From positions 20,559 through 84,558 of the forward strand of contig JBJLDC010000015.1 in the NCBI GenBank assembly GCA_045567365.1: a stretch of 64,000 nt of DNA, in the 5' to 3' direction. Under the pieces are notes generated by a model. That model searched no databases. It saw only the letters and a list, made by a program, of their open reading frames with translations, and had not been told where the DNA came from. Positions 38,832 through 48,194 of this stretch are shown here, piece by piece. The DNA comes from Candidatus Pelagibacterales bacterium. GTDB lineage: Bacteria > Pseudomonadota > Alphaproteobacteria > Pelagibacterales > AG-422-B15. Each line of letters opens with the position of its first letter. The first letter of the stretch is position 1. The position numbers were made by a program, and so were the translations under genes.

Positions 38832-39027
38832 TAATTTCTTTATATCTTTTTAGGGCTACCTCAGGTCCAAAATATATTTCCTGTAAATCTACATTCCAAT
38901 ATTTTATATTCTCTAAGGGTATCTTTTGTTTAGTAATGGAGCAAAGCACATAATCTCCTGGTTCAATTATCTTAAATTGACCATGGTGAAGTTCAATAAT
39001 TGCGCATTTTTCTAAATTTGAACTCAT
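38821..39027 (-). CDS. DUF2093-family small protein
   Basis: 68 aa. [35 protein letters not shown] resembles alphaproteobacterial DUF2093. It overlaps both neighbours. Confidence 0.6.
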   Translation of the reverse strand: MSSNLEKCAIIELHHGQFKIIEPGDYVLCSITKQKIPLENIKYWNVDLQEIYFGPEVALKRYKEINEI

Positions 39028-40313
39028 GAATCTATTTTGCCTTCTAAAATTCCATCTTTCAATTCTATATTAATCTCGTTATCAATTAAAATATCAGAAA
39101 TTTTCTGTACAGGTTTTTTGTTACTATTTCTAATAACGGCATATCCTCGATTAATTACTGATTTATAACTCAAGCTCTCAATTAATTTGCTAACACTGTT
39201 GATTTTTTCAATTCTCGAAGAAATATATTGTTTACTGGAGATACGGATACGATTTGAATAATTGTTTAAAGTATCTATTTTTGATTTTAATTGTTCTCTT
39301 AATATCTTTGTATTTAATCGAGAGGATATAGTTAAAAAATTTGAATTTAATGTATTTATAAATAACTTAAGATTTGCAGGAAGCTTGTGGTCAACTAATT
39401 TGAAATGTTGTTTTTTTTCATCAATGGAAAATTCAATATTCTGGTCTAATTCTTTTTGGGCTTTTCTTACAACCTCATATAATTCAGATTTAACAGGAGT
39501 AACAAACTCTGCTGCTGCAGTTGGTGTTGGGGCTCTCAAATCTGAGACTAAGTCAATTAAAGTGGTATCTGTCTCATGTCCAATTGCAGAAATTATGGGA
39601 ATTTTACTTTCAAATACGGCATTCACAATATTTTCTTCATTAAAAGCCCATAGATCTTCAATGCTGCCACCGCCACGTGCTACGATTATAACGTCAGGCT
39701 TAATTGACTCTTCAATATCAATATTATTAAAACCTCTTATAGCTTGAGTAATAAGTTCTGAAGAGTCATCGCCTTGAACAGGTACTGGCCAAAGTATTAC
39801 ATTGAGAGGGTACCTCTCTTCAATTCTATGCAATATATCTTGAATAACTGCCCCGGTTGGAGAGGTAATTACACCAATTCTATGAGGATATTCTGGTATA
39901 TGTTTTTTATGAATCTGGTCAAATAATCCTGAAGCAGCAAACTTTTTTTTTCGCTGTTCAAGTAACGCCATAAGCGCTCCCTCTCCTGCTGGCATCAATG
40001 AATCTATATGTATTGAATAGTCAGAACGACCTGGATATCGATCAGAGTAACCTGTGGTTAGCCTTCCCTTGCAGATTACTTCTAAGCCATCATGAGGCTG
40101 AAAGCTTAGTCTCGAGACATTACTTTTCCATATAATACCATTAATAATAGCGCTTTCGTCTTTAAGATTAAGGTAAACATGGCCAGAGGCGGCTTTTTTT
40201 AATCCTGAAATTTCTCCTCGAACTCTCACATAACCAAAAGTGTCATCTAAAACTTGCTTAATTGATTTAGAAATTTCAGTAACTGAATATTCAGGAATAT
40301 TTTCTTTAACCAT
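39024..40313 (-). CDS. xseA: Exodeoxyribonuclease VII large subunit
   Basis: 429 aa. N-terminal OB fold ([24 protein letters not shown]), [11 protein letters not shown], and [14 protein letters not shown]. Confidence 0.92.
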   Translation of the reverse strand: MVKENIPEYSVTEISKSIKQVLDDTFGYVRVRGEISGLKKAASGHVYLNLKDESAIINGIIWKSNVSRLSFQPHDGLEVICKGRLTTGYSDRYPGRSDYSIHIDSLMPAGEGALMALLEQRKKKFAASGLFDQIHKKHIPEYPHRIGVITSPTGAVIQDILHRIEERYPLNVILWPVPVQGDDSSELITQAIRGFNNIDIEESIKPDVIIVARGGGSIEDLWAFNEENIVNAVFESKIPIISAIGHETDTTLIDLVSDLRAPTPTAAAEFVTPVKSELYEVVRKAQKELDQNIEFSIDEKKQHFKLVDHKLPANLKLFINTLNSNFLTISSRLNTKILREQLKSKIDTLNNYSNRIRISSKQYISSRIEKINSVSKLIESLSYKSVINRGYAVIRNSNKKPVQKISDILIDNEINIELKDGILEGKIDS

Positions 40314-40364
40314 TTTTGATAATTTAAACTATGTTATGATATTATTAAAGTTAAGTTTATTTAT

Positions 40365-41636
40365 ATGAATATTTTAGTTATTGGAAGTGGCGCACGTGAG
40401 CATGCTATATGCTATGCAATCAGTCAAAGTTCAAAATTATCTAAGTTATATGCAATACCTGGAAATTATGGGATTTCTCAGTTAGCCGAGTGTCATATTA
40501 TAGATACAAATAATTTTGATGAGTTATTCAGTTTTGCAATAAAAAAGACTGTTGATCTTATCATTGTTGGTCCTGAGGTACCATTAGTAAACGGCATAGT
40601 AGATTTCTTTACTTCTCGTAAAATAAAAATTTTTGGTCCAGATCAGTTTGCTGCTCAACTTGAGGGATCAAAAAGTTTTATGAAAGATCTATGTAATGAA
40701 CATAGTATACCCACTGCCCAATATGAAAAATTTCAAAATTCTGACGATGCACTTAAATATTTAGAAACACAGAGTTACCCAATAGTAATTAAGGCTGATG
40801 GTTTGGCTGCTGGCAAGGGAGTAACAATTGCTGAAGACTTTAAAACTGCTAGTACAGCAGTACAAGATATTTTCAATTCTAAATTTGGTGAAAATATGGA
40901 TGTAGTTATTGAGGAATTTATGCATGGAGAAGAAGCAAGTTATTTTATTTGCTCAGACGGTAAAAATTTTATTTCACTAATAAGTGCTCAAGATCACAAG
41001 CGAATTGGTGAAAATGATACTGGGCCGAACACAGGGGGAATGGGCGCTTATTCGCCAGCGCCAGTATTTACTGAAAATGTAAAAAAACAAGTAGATACTG
41101 AAATTATAAAACCGACGCTCAAAGCAATGCTTGATAAAGGTCACCCATTTAAAGGTATTCTTTATGCTGGACTTATGATTGAAAATGAAAAAGCGAAATT
41201 AGTTGAATACAATATAAGATTTGGAGATCCGGAGTGCCAAGTTTTAATGATGAGTCTAAAATCAGATCTAATAGATTTAATAATGCATTCAATCGATGGG
41301 TCAATAAATGACTATGATTGCGATTGGTATGATGAAGACTGTGCTACTGTGGTTCTTGCTTCAAAAGGATATCCTGGAGAATTTAAAAAAGACACGGAAA
41401 TTAAAGGTCTTGAAGATATCAAGACTAGTCAGAGCCTTCAGGTGTTTCATGCAGCAACAATTGAATCTGATAAAAAAATATTAGCAAATGGAGGTAGGGT
41501 TCTATCAATAACTGCAAAGGATAAATCTTTGCGGTCTGCCCTGAGTACAATATATGATGAAGTTAAGAAAATTGATTGGAATGAATGTTATTATCGAAAT
41601 GATATAGGTCATAAAGCACTAAAAAATGAACACTAG
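40365..41636 (+). CDS. purD: Phosphoribosylamine--glycine ligase
   Basis: 423 aa. MNILVIGSGAREHA, ATP-grasp core, GPNTGGMGAYSP, and RFGDPE. Confidence 0.95.
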   Translation: MNILVIGSGAREHAICYAISQSSKLSKLYAIPGNYGISQLAECHIIDTNNFDELFSFAIKKTVDLIIVGPEVPLVNGIVDFFTSRKIKIFGPDQFAAQLEGSKSFMKDLCNEHSIPTAQYEKFQNSDDALKYLETQSYPIVIKADGLAAGKGVTIAEDFKTASTAVQDIFNSKFGENMDVVIEEFMHGEEASYFICSDGKNFISLISAQDHKRIGENDTGPNTGGMGAYSPAPVFTENVKKQVDTEIIKPTLKAMLDKGHPFKGILYAGLMIENEKAKLVEYNIRFGDPECQVLMMSLKSDLIDLIMHSIDGSINDYDCDWYDEDCATVVLASKGYPGEFKKDTEIKGLEDIKTSQSLQVFHAATIESDKKILANGGRVLSITAKDKSLRSALSTIYDEVKKIDWNECYYRNDIGHKALKNEH

Positions 41637-42690
41637 AGATCAAATATTTTCAGGAACTAAAGAAGTTGATGAAAAGCTATCAATTAATCAATCCAACCTT
41701 GAAGAATATCTCAAAAATATTTTTGGAGATAAAATGTTCATAAATGAAATAAAGCAATTTAAAGGAGGTCAGTCAAATCCAACCTATATGATTATCACTA
41801 ATCAAGGAGACTTTGTTTTAAGGCGTCAACCTCCAGGAAAACTATTAAAATCTGCTCACGCAGTAGATCGCGAATACAGAGTTATAACAGCGCTGAGTCA
41901 AACTGATGTTCCTGTTCCTAGAACTTATGGCTATTGTGATAATGAAGATGTTGTAGGCACTAAATTTTTCTTAATGGACCATGTAAAAGGAAATATATAT
42001 TGGGAACTAATATTGCCAAATCTAGATGAAGTCGCAAGGAGAGATATTTATCTGTCTATGAATGATACAATTTCAAAATTACATAACGTCGATTTTGAAA
42101 AAATAAATTTAGGTGACTATGGAAAACACGAAAACTACATGCAGAGACAAATACATAGATGGACTAAGCAATATAAAGACTCTGAAACACAAGAAATTGG
42201 AGAAATAAACGAACTTATAGATTGGCTTCCAAAAAATATTCCTTTGGAAGAGGAAACTTCAATAGTTCATGGTGATTTTAGATTAGATAATATGATTTTT
42301 GATCCAGAAACACATCAAGTGAAAGCCATCCTTGATTGGGAATTATCAACATTAGGAAATCCGATTGCAGATTTTACATATCATATGATGTCATGGAGAT
42401 TGCCTGCTGCTGCAAAAGGTTTGGGTATGCTTGGAGCAGACTTAAAGTCTCTGAATATTCCATCCGAACATGAATATTCAGAACTATACTATAAAAAAAC
42501 TGGCAGAAATAAAATTGAGAATTGGGATTTCTATATGGCTTATAATATTTTTAGATTAGCCGGTATTGCTCAGGGAATAGTTGGTAGAGTTAGAGATGGA
42601 ACAGCTTCAAGTTCTGAAGCAAAAAACTATGAAGCTTTTGTCCCAATCTTAGGTAAGATAGGTTGGGATATAGTAAGAGGAATTAAATAA
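41626..42690 (+). CDS. APH-fold phosphotransferase, ACAD10/ACAD11 N-terminal kinase-domain type
   Basis: 354 aa. QFKGGQSNPTYMI, VLRRQPPGKLLKSAHAVDREYRVITAL, catalytic HGDFRLDNMIF, and DWELSTLG. The start overlaps purD by 11 nt. Confidence 0.8.
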   Translation: MNTRDQIFSGTKEVDEKLSINQSNLEEYLKNIFGDKMFINEIKQFKGGQSNPTYMIITNQGDFVLRRQPPGKLLKSAHAVDREYRVITALSQTDVPVPRTYGYCDNEDVVGTKFFLMDHVKGNIYWELILPNLDEVARRDIYLSMNDTISKLHNVDFEKINLGDYGKHENYMQRQIHRWTKQYKDSETQEIGEINELIDWLPKNIPLEEETSIVHGDFRLDNMIFDPETHQVKAILDWELSTLGNPIADFTYHMMSWRLPAAAKGLGMLGADLKSLNIPSEHEYSELYYKKTGRNKIENWDFYMAYNIFRLAGIAQGIVGRVRDGTASSSEAKNYEAFVPILGKIGWDIVRGIK

Positions 42691-42693
42691 TTA

Positions 42694-43935
42694 ATGACAA
42701 ATACACTTGATATAGATTTTGTTAGGAAACAATTTCCTGCTTTTCAAAATCCAAAAACAGCTAATTTTGCATTCTTTGAAAATGCAGGAGGAACCTATGT
42801 TCCTAAACAATTAATTGAAAAACTAAATGACTTTATGATTACTAAAAAAGTTCAGCCATATGGTGATTTTGGTCCTTCAATAGAAGCTGGTGAAGAGATG
42901 GATCAAAGCCTAACAAAGATTGCTGAGTTACTAAATGTTTCTAAAGACGAGTTTATTATCGGTCCCTCAACAACAATGAATATGTTTTTATTATCAAATG
43001 CAATCCAGAATTGGCTAGACGAGGGAGATGAAATAATTGTCACTAATCAAGATCATGAAGCAAATATTGGTGCATGGAGAAAGCTTGCTGAAAGAGGAGT
43101 CATTATTAAAGAATGGAAATTTAATACTGAAACTGCTGAACTCGAAATTGAAGAATTGAAGAAAATAATAAGCGATAAAACAAAATTTATATGTGTTTGC
43201 CATACTTCTAATATTGTGGCTTCAATTAATAATCTACATGAAATAACTAAAATTGCTCATGAGAGAAATATAAAAGTAGTTGGTGATGGAGTCGCCTATA
43301 TGGCTCATGACCTTGCAGACTTAAAAAATATTGATGTCGATTTTTATAGCTTTAGTTTGTACAAAACTTATGGCCCTCATCTTGCTCTCCTATATGGAAA
43401 AAAAGAATTACTCCAAAAAACAAAAAATTTGAATCATGAATTTTTGTCTGAAGAAGTACCGTACACTCTCAATCCTGGAGGTCCAAATCATGAGGAACTA
43501 GCCTGCCTGTCAGGACTAACAGATTACTATGAAGATTTATACGATCATCATTTCAATGAAAATGGTATTAGTCTTCATGAAAAAGGAAAAAAGATCTTTC
43601 AACTTATCCATGGTCATGAGGAGAAATTAATTAAGGTTTTACTTGAATTTCTTAAAAGTAAAAAAAACGTAAGAATTATTGGAAGTCAATCTCATTCAAG
43701 AGATATAAGGATGCCTACCTTATCTTTTACTGTTAATGGAATTAGCTCAAAAGAAATTGCTTTAGGTGCAGGTAAAAAAGATATTGGTATTCGTAATGGA
43801 GAGTTTTATGCTTGGCGCTGCCTTCATGGACTCGGCATTGAGCCAAACGATGGTGTTGTCAGGGTTTCAATGGTACACTACAATAATTTAGAAGAAGTAA
43901 ATCGACTTATCTCTTATCTAGACACCGTTATTTAG
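42694..43935 (+). CDS. Class V aminotransferase-fold PLP enzyme (cysteine desulfurase-like family)
   Basis: 413 aa. TNQDHEANI, CHTSNIV, and the PLP-lysine block FSLYKTYGPH. Confidence 0.75.
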   Translation: MTNTLDIDFVRKQFPAFQNPKTANFAFFENAGGTYVPKQLIEKLNDFMITKKVQPYGDFGPSIEAGEEMDQSLTKIAELLNVSKDEFIIGPSTTMNMFLLSNAIQNWLDEGDEIIVTNQDHEANIGAWRKLAERGVIIKEWKFNTETAELEIEELKKIISDKTKFICVCHTSNIVASINNLHEITKIAHERNIKVVGDGVAYMAHDLADLKNIDVDFYSFSLYKTYGPHLALLYGKKELLQKTKNLNHEFLSEEVPYTLNPGGPNHEELACLSGLTDYYEDLYDHHFNENGISLHEKGKKIFQLIHGHEEKLIKVLLEFLKSKKNVRIIGSQSHSRDIRMPTLSFTVNGISSKEIALGAGKKDIGIRNGEFYAWRCLHGLGIEPNDGVVRVSMVHYNNLEEVNRLISYLDTVI

Positions 43936-44092
43936 ATTTTATCTTTTTTAATCTTTCTTGTTTTTGTCTGATTGACTCACTCATTGATAGATCCTCAAGC
44001 TGATGATACTCATCCCAGTAAGAGTCAAAAGTCTTATTTTTTACAAACCGACTATACTTATCCTTAATTGATACTTCTTTTTTTTTAGACAA
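43928..44092 (-). CDS. Candidate unannotated small ORF (54 codons, TTG start 1 nt after the ACAD stop)
   Basis: Manual translation gives LSKKKEVSIKDKYSRFVKNKTFDSYWDEYHQLEDLSMSESIRQKQERLKKIKSK. It is the only frame open across an otherwise unexplained 158-bp spacer. No family was recognised and the start codon is weak. Confidence 0.25.
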   Translation of the reverse strand: MSKKKEVSIKDKYSRFVKNKTFDSYWDEYHQLEDLSMSESIRQKQERLKKIKSK

Positions 44093-44093
44093 A

Positions 44094-45299
44094 TTAAAGG
44101 TACTTTTTTAGCTCATTTCTAGCAATTGACAATCGATGCACTTCATCAGGACCGTCTGCAAGTCTTAGCGTTCGCATGCCGGCATACGCCTGCGCCAATC
44201 TTGGATCAGTTGTAACACCTGCACCACCATAAGCTTGTATTGCATCATCAATTATTTTTAATGCCATATTGGGGGCTGCGACCTTGATCATTGCTATTTC
44301 ATTTTTAGCAACTTTGTTTCCTACTTTGTCCATCATCGAGGCAGCTTTCAAAGTAAGTAATCTTGTCATTTCAATATTGATTCTCGCATCTGCAATTCTT
44401 TCTTGCCAAACCGAGTGTCTTACAACTTCTTTTCCAAAAGCTTTTCTAGACATTAGTCTCTTACACATTGCTTCAAGCGCAACTTCAGCTAATCCAATTG
44501 TTCTCATACAGTGGTGAATTCTACCTGGTCCGAGTCTTCCTTGTGCAATTTCGAACCCTCTGCCCTCACCAAGCAACATGTTTTCTGGAGGTACCTTTAC
44601 ATCATTAAATTCTATTTCAGCATGACCATGGGGAGCATCATCAAATCCAAATACTGGTAGATGTCTTTTTATCTTTATACCTGGAGCATCTTTATCAACC
44701 AAGATCATTGATTGTTGCTTATGCTTATCTGGATTGTCAGGGTCAGTTTTACCCATAAAAATATAAAATGCACATCTTGGGTCCATTGCACCAGAAGTCC
44801 ACCATTTAGTTCCATTTAAAACGTATTGATTTCCATCTTTTTTTATTTCACTTGTAATATTTGTTGCATCTGAAGATGCTACTGCTGGCTCTGTCATCGC
44901 AAAAGCTGATCTTGTCTTACCTTCAAGTAAGGGCTCTAAATATTTCTTTTTTTGTTCATCAGTTCCGTATCTAACTAAGACTTCCATATTACCAGTATCA
45001 GGCGCTGAACAATTAAATACTTCTGATGACCACATTGCTCTTCCCATAATTTCACACATTGGAGCATATTCAGCATTCGTAAGTCCATGGCCTAAGTCAC
45101 TCTCAGGCAGAAAAAGATTCCATAGGTCTTCCTTCTTAGCTTCTTCTTTAAGGTCTTCAATTATAGGTACAACTTGCCAGCGGTTATCTCCAAAATCTTC
45201 AATTTGTTGGTGATATGTACTATTGTTAGGATAAACATGCTTATCCATAAATTTTTCAAGACGTTCTGTTGTCACTTTAGCTTTTTCTGAAATCGTCAT
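44094..45299 (-). CDS. Acyl-CoA dehydrogenase, ACAD10/ACAD11/FadE2-type subfamily
   Basis: 401 aa. [36 protein letters not shown], and [11 protein letters not shown]. Confidence 0.85.
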   Translation of the reverse strand: MTISEKAKVTTERLEKFMDKHVYPNNSTYHQQIEDFGDNRWQVVPIIEDLKEEAKKEDLWNLFLPESDLGHGLTNAEYAPMCEIMGRAMWSSEVFNCSAPDTGNMEVLVRYGTDEQKKKYLEPLLEGKTRSAFAMTEPAVASSDATNITSEIKKDGNQYVLNGTKWWTSGAMDPRCAFYIFMGKTDPDNPDKHKQQSMILVDKDAPGIKIKRHLPVFGFDDAPHGHAEIEFNDVKVPPENMLLGEGRGFEIAQGRLGPGRIHHCMRTIGLAEVALEAMCKRLMSRKAFGKEVVRHSVWQERIADARINIEMTRLLTLKAASMMDKVGNKVAKNEIAMIKVAAPNMALKIIDDAIQAYGGAGVTTDPRLAQAYAGMRTLRLADGPDEVHRLSIARNELKKYL

Positions 45300-45749
45300 T
45301 TACCTATATTCCTTAAAAAAATCATTTATTATTTTTTCACAATCAGATTTTGAAATATTGTCATATATTTCAGGCACATGATTGCAATTCTTTGACTGAA
45401 AAAAATTAATGCTACCATTTATAGCACCAAATTTCAAATCGTCAGCACCAAAATATAGTTTTTTTATTTTTGATCGAGATATTGCAGCTGCACACATGAT
45501 ACATGGCTCTAAGGTAACATAAAGACTACAATCAATAAGTCGATCACTCTTTATTTTCTGACATGCTTCTCGAATAGCATTAATTTCTGCGTGACCAAGT
45601 GGGTCAAATTCATTGACAACCGTATTATGAGCTTGCGCTAATACTTCTCCATCCTTATTAAGAATAACGCACCCAACTGGTATTTCTCCACATTTCTTTC
45701 CCTTCAATGCCAGTTCTATTGCTAAATTCATCGGAGAATTTTTGGCCAT
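45300..45749 (-). CDS. tadA: tRNA adenosine(34) deaminase
   Basis: 149 aa. HAEINAI and LEPCIMCAAA zinc motifs. Confidence 0.9.
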   Translation of the reverse strand: MAKNSPMNLAIELALKGKKCGEIPVGCVILNKDGEVLAQAHNTVVNEFDPLGHAEINAIREACQKIKSDRLIDCSLYVTLEPCIMCAAAISRSKIKKLYFGADDLKFGAINGSINFFQSKNCNHVPEIYDNISKSDCEKIINDFFKEYR

Positions 45750-45800
45750 GTATTTAATTTAAACTTTCTTTCTGAAATAATATATAGATATAAAAATTAT

Positions 45801-46508
45801 ATGAAAAATAAAGATAATTCAGAACGTATAAGCAAGGTGATTGCTAGATCATCTCAGTACTCACGCAGGCAAGTTGAACAACTTATAATTGAAGGAAGAG
45901 TCAGGATTGATGGAAAAATAATTGACCGTCCTAATATTAATGTAAATGCAGCAAATAAAATTTTATTAGATAAAAAACTTATCAATTATAAAACTCATGA
46001 CGAAATATTTATGTTTAATAAGCCTCGTGGATGTCTAGTTACTCATTCAGACCCTGAAGGCAGGAAAACAATTTTTGATCTAATTCCAAAAAAATTTGAG
46101 AAATATATTTCTATTGGAAGATTGGATTATAATTCTGAGGGATTGTTACTAATAACAAATAATGGGGATATTAAAAGATACTTTGAGCTTCCAAAAAATA
46201 ATTTTGAAAGATCTTATAAAGTTAAAGTTCAGGGAAAAGTAGATGAAAGAATAATAAAAAGTCTAAAAAAAGGACTATTCATCAATAAGATTAAGTATAA
46301 ACCAATTTTAGCATTAATTGATAGTAGTACTCCAACTTATACTTGGATTACAATGATTTTAAGAGAGGGAAAAAATCGTGAAATAAGAAATATATTTGAG
46401 TCATTTAATATGACGGTTACTCGATTGATACGAATTTCTTATGGCCCATATAAACTTGGGAAGATTCAAAAAGGTAAGATCGTTAAAGCTAAGATAATTA
46501 AAAAGTAA
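45801..46508 (+). CDS. Pseudouridine synthase, RsuA/RluB family with S4 domain
   Basis: 235 aa. N-terminal S4 domain (RISKVIARSSQYSRRQVEQLIIEGRVRIDG) and catalytic GRLDYNSEGLLLITN. Confidence 0.85.
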   Translation: MKNKDNSERISKVIARSSQYSRRQVEQLIIEGRVRIDGKIIDRPNINVNAANKILLDKKLINYKTHDEIFMFNKPRGCLVTHSDPEGRKTIFDLIPKKFEKYISIGRLDYNSEGLLLITNNGDIKRYFELPKNNFERSYKVKVQGKVDERIIKSLKKGLFINKIKYKPILALIDSSTPTYTWITMILREGKNREIRNIFESFNMTVTRLIRISYGPYKLGKIQKGKIVKAKIIKK

Positions 46509-46509
46509 A

Positions 46510-47079
46510 ATGAGAATAATCAGTGGAAATAAAAAAGGTCATAAATTAATAACAAAGAAAAACCAATCTGCTCGACCGATTTCTGACAAAAATCGTGAAA
46601 CTATTTTTAATCTCTTGGCGCACGGAAATGGTATCATTGAGACAGGTTTTTCGCTTCATCAATGCACGATTCTTGACGTATTCGCTGGAACTGGATCTTT
46701 TTCCTTTGAAGCATTATCTAGGGGTGCCAAAAAATCTGTGATGCTTGAAAAAGACTCTATTATGATAGATCTTATTTATGAAAACATAAAAAAATTAGAC
46801 TTTATTGATATAACTGAAGTTCATCACATCGATGCTCTAAGAATTCAATCAATTGATTTTCAAGATAAATTCGACCTTGTTTATATTGATCCTCCCTATG
46901 AAAAAGGGCTCGATATTAAATTTGTGGATAGAATAGGTATGATTGATTGCTTTTCAAGTAACTGTATTTTTATTATCGAGCAAAGTATTGAGGGCAAGGT
47001 CTTGGAAAATAATAAGCTCGAATTGATAAGAACCAAAGATCTTGGAAATTCTAGATTTTCATTTTTTAAAATAAAGTAA
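46510..47079 (+). CDS. rsmD: 16S rRNA (guanine966-N2)-methyltransferase
   Basis: 189 aa. MRIISGNKKG, DVFAGTGSFSFEALSRGA, and IDPPY. Confidence 0.88.
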   Translation: MRIISGNKKGHKLITKKNQSARPISDKNRETIFNLLAHGNGIIETGFSLHQCTILDVFAGTGSFSFEALSRGAKKSVMLEKDSIMIDLIYENIKKLDFIDITEVHHIDALRIQSIDFQDKFDLVYIDPPYEKGLDIKFVDRIGMIDCFSSNCIFIIEQSIEGKVLENNKLELIRTKDLGNSRFSFFKIK

Positions 47080-47082
47080 TAT

Positions 47083-48186
47083 CTACTTTAAATATTTTTT
47101 TTGTTTCTCAACAGCATCTTGCCCAAAAGGATCAACGCCACCCAAATGAGCCAATAATAAAGTTTCTAAGATTGAACTAGTGAAGAAATATCCTAATTGG
47201 TGCCCAATTGATTGCTTGTTATCTACAAAATAATCGGAAGTTCTCACGATTGGAAGACCCTCATCTTCAAGAGTCTTTAGCATTGCTTGTTTATGATTTG
47301 ATAACGTTAGATCAATAAAATTATTACTCTCATGGTAATTTGCACTATAAAATTCATAAAATTTATCATTTGGACCATCTAAGTATAATTGTAAAACACT
47401 GTGTTGATCCTGAGTCATTTGTGAGATTACTGGTAGATAACCAAATTCATTTTTACCCAAACTCTCGGCATACAATTGTTTCATCCAATTTCCAATTTCA
47501 TAAAGTTCATCACCATACAAAAGAATAATATCAATCCTTTTTCCACTTAGAATCAGGTCATACTTTTTAAGGGCGATATCAATCGGTGACATATCATCAC
47601 TGACTGGCTCCTTATTAAGAAAATCAGATATAGCAGACTCAAAGCCTTTAAACATATCTAAATAGTTATTAAAAAATAATGAAATAGGAATCATGCTTGT
47701 GTGAGAAAAAATTGAAAATCTACCTCCAATATTTGGATTGTGCTCTATACAATGAAATCCAGAGTGAGTAGCAAATCTATAGAGTGGTTCATCATTATTT
47801 TCAGTGATAGCTAAGAAATTTTTTGTTTTATCAAATTCATTACCAACAAATTCAGAGATGTAATCATATAGAGTCAATACCTCTGATGTACTCCCTGACT
47901 TTGAAATAAAAATAAAACCAGTATCAATATGATTAATAGAATTTAATACTTGATCAACTTTTCTGGCATTTAGATGATCAAAATAATAAATATTTTTTTG
48001 ATTTAGAATATGGGAAACGGCTTTCGATCCCTGAGATGATCCTCCAATACCAACAATAATATAATTTTCAAAATCAAAATTAAGCTTGTTTTTTTCCTTA
48101 ATATGCTCGTTTAAAAGATTTTTATACTCTAAGAAAGGATATTTATTGGATAAAATATTTTGCTTAATTGCTTCATATGCCGACAT
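47083..48186 (-). CDS. pgi: Glucose-6-phosphate isomerase (short SIS-type form)
   Basis: 367 aa. IVGIGGSSQGSKAV, ISKSGSTSEV, and GGRFSIFS blocks of PGI. Noticeably shorter than typical bacterial PGI. Confidence 0.75.
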   Translation of the reverse strand: MSAYEAIKQNILSNKYPFLEYKNLLNEHIKEKNKLNFDFENYIIVGIGGSSQGSKAVSHILNQKNIYYFDHLNARKVDQVLNSINHIDTGFIFISKSGSTSEVLTLYDYISEFVGNEFDKTKNFLAITENNDEPLYRFATHSGFHCIEHNPNIGGRFSIFSHTSMIPISLFFNNYLDMFKGFESAISDFLNKEPVSDDMSPIDIALKKYDLILSGKRIDIILLYGDELYEIGNWMKQLYAESLGKNEFGYLPVISQMTQDQHSVLQLYLDGPNDKFYEFYSANYHESNNFIDLTLSNHKQAMLKTLEDEGLPIVRTSDYFVDNKQSIGHQLGYFFTSSILETLLLAHLGGVDPFGQDAVEKQKKYLK

Positions 48187-48194
48187 GAAGCTAA

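Noticed and set aside
39262-39747. A 161-aa plus-strand ORF inside xseA, remarkably long for an antisense frame in AT-rich DNA.
   Set aside because: It lies fully antisense to a well-supported xseA gene. The sequence is low complexity (S/I/F/L-rich), there is no recognisable motif, and it has no space for its own promoter or RBS. This is a typical shadow ORF.
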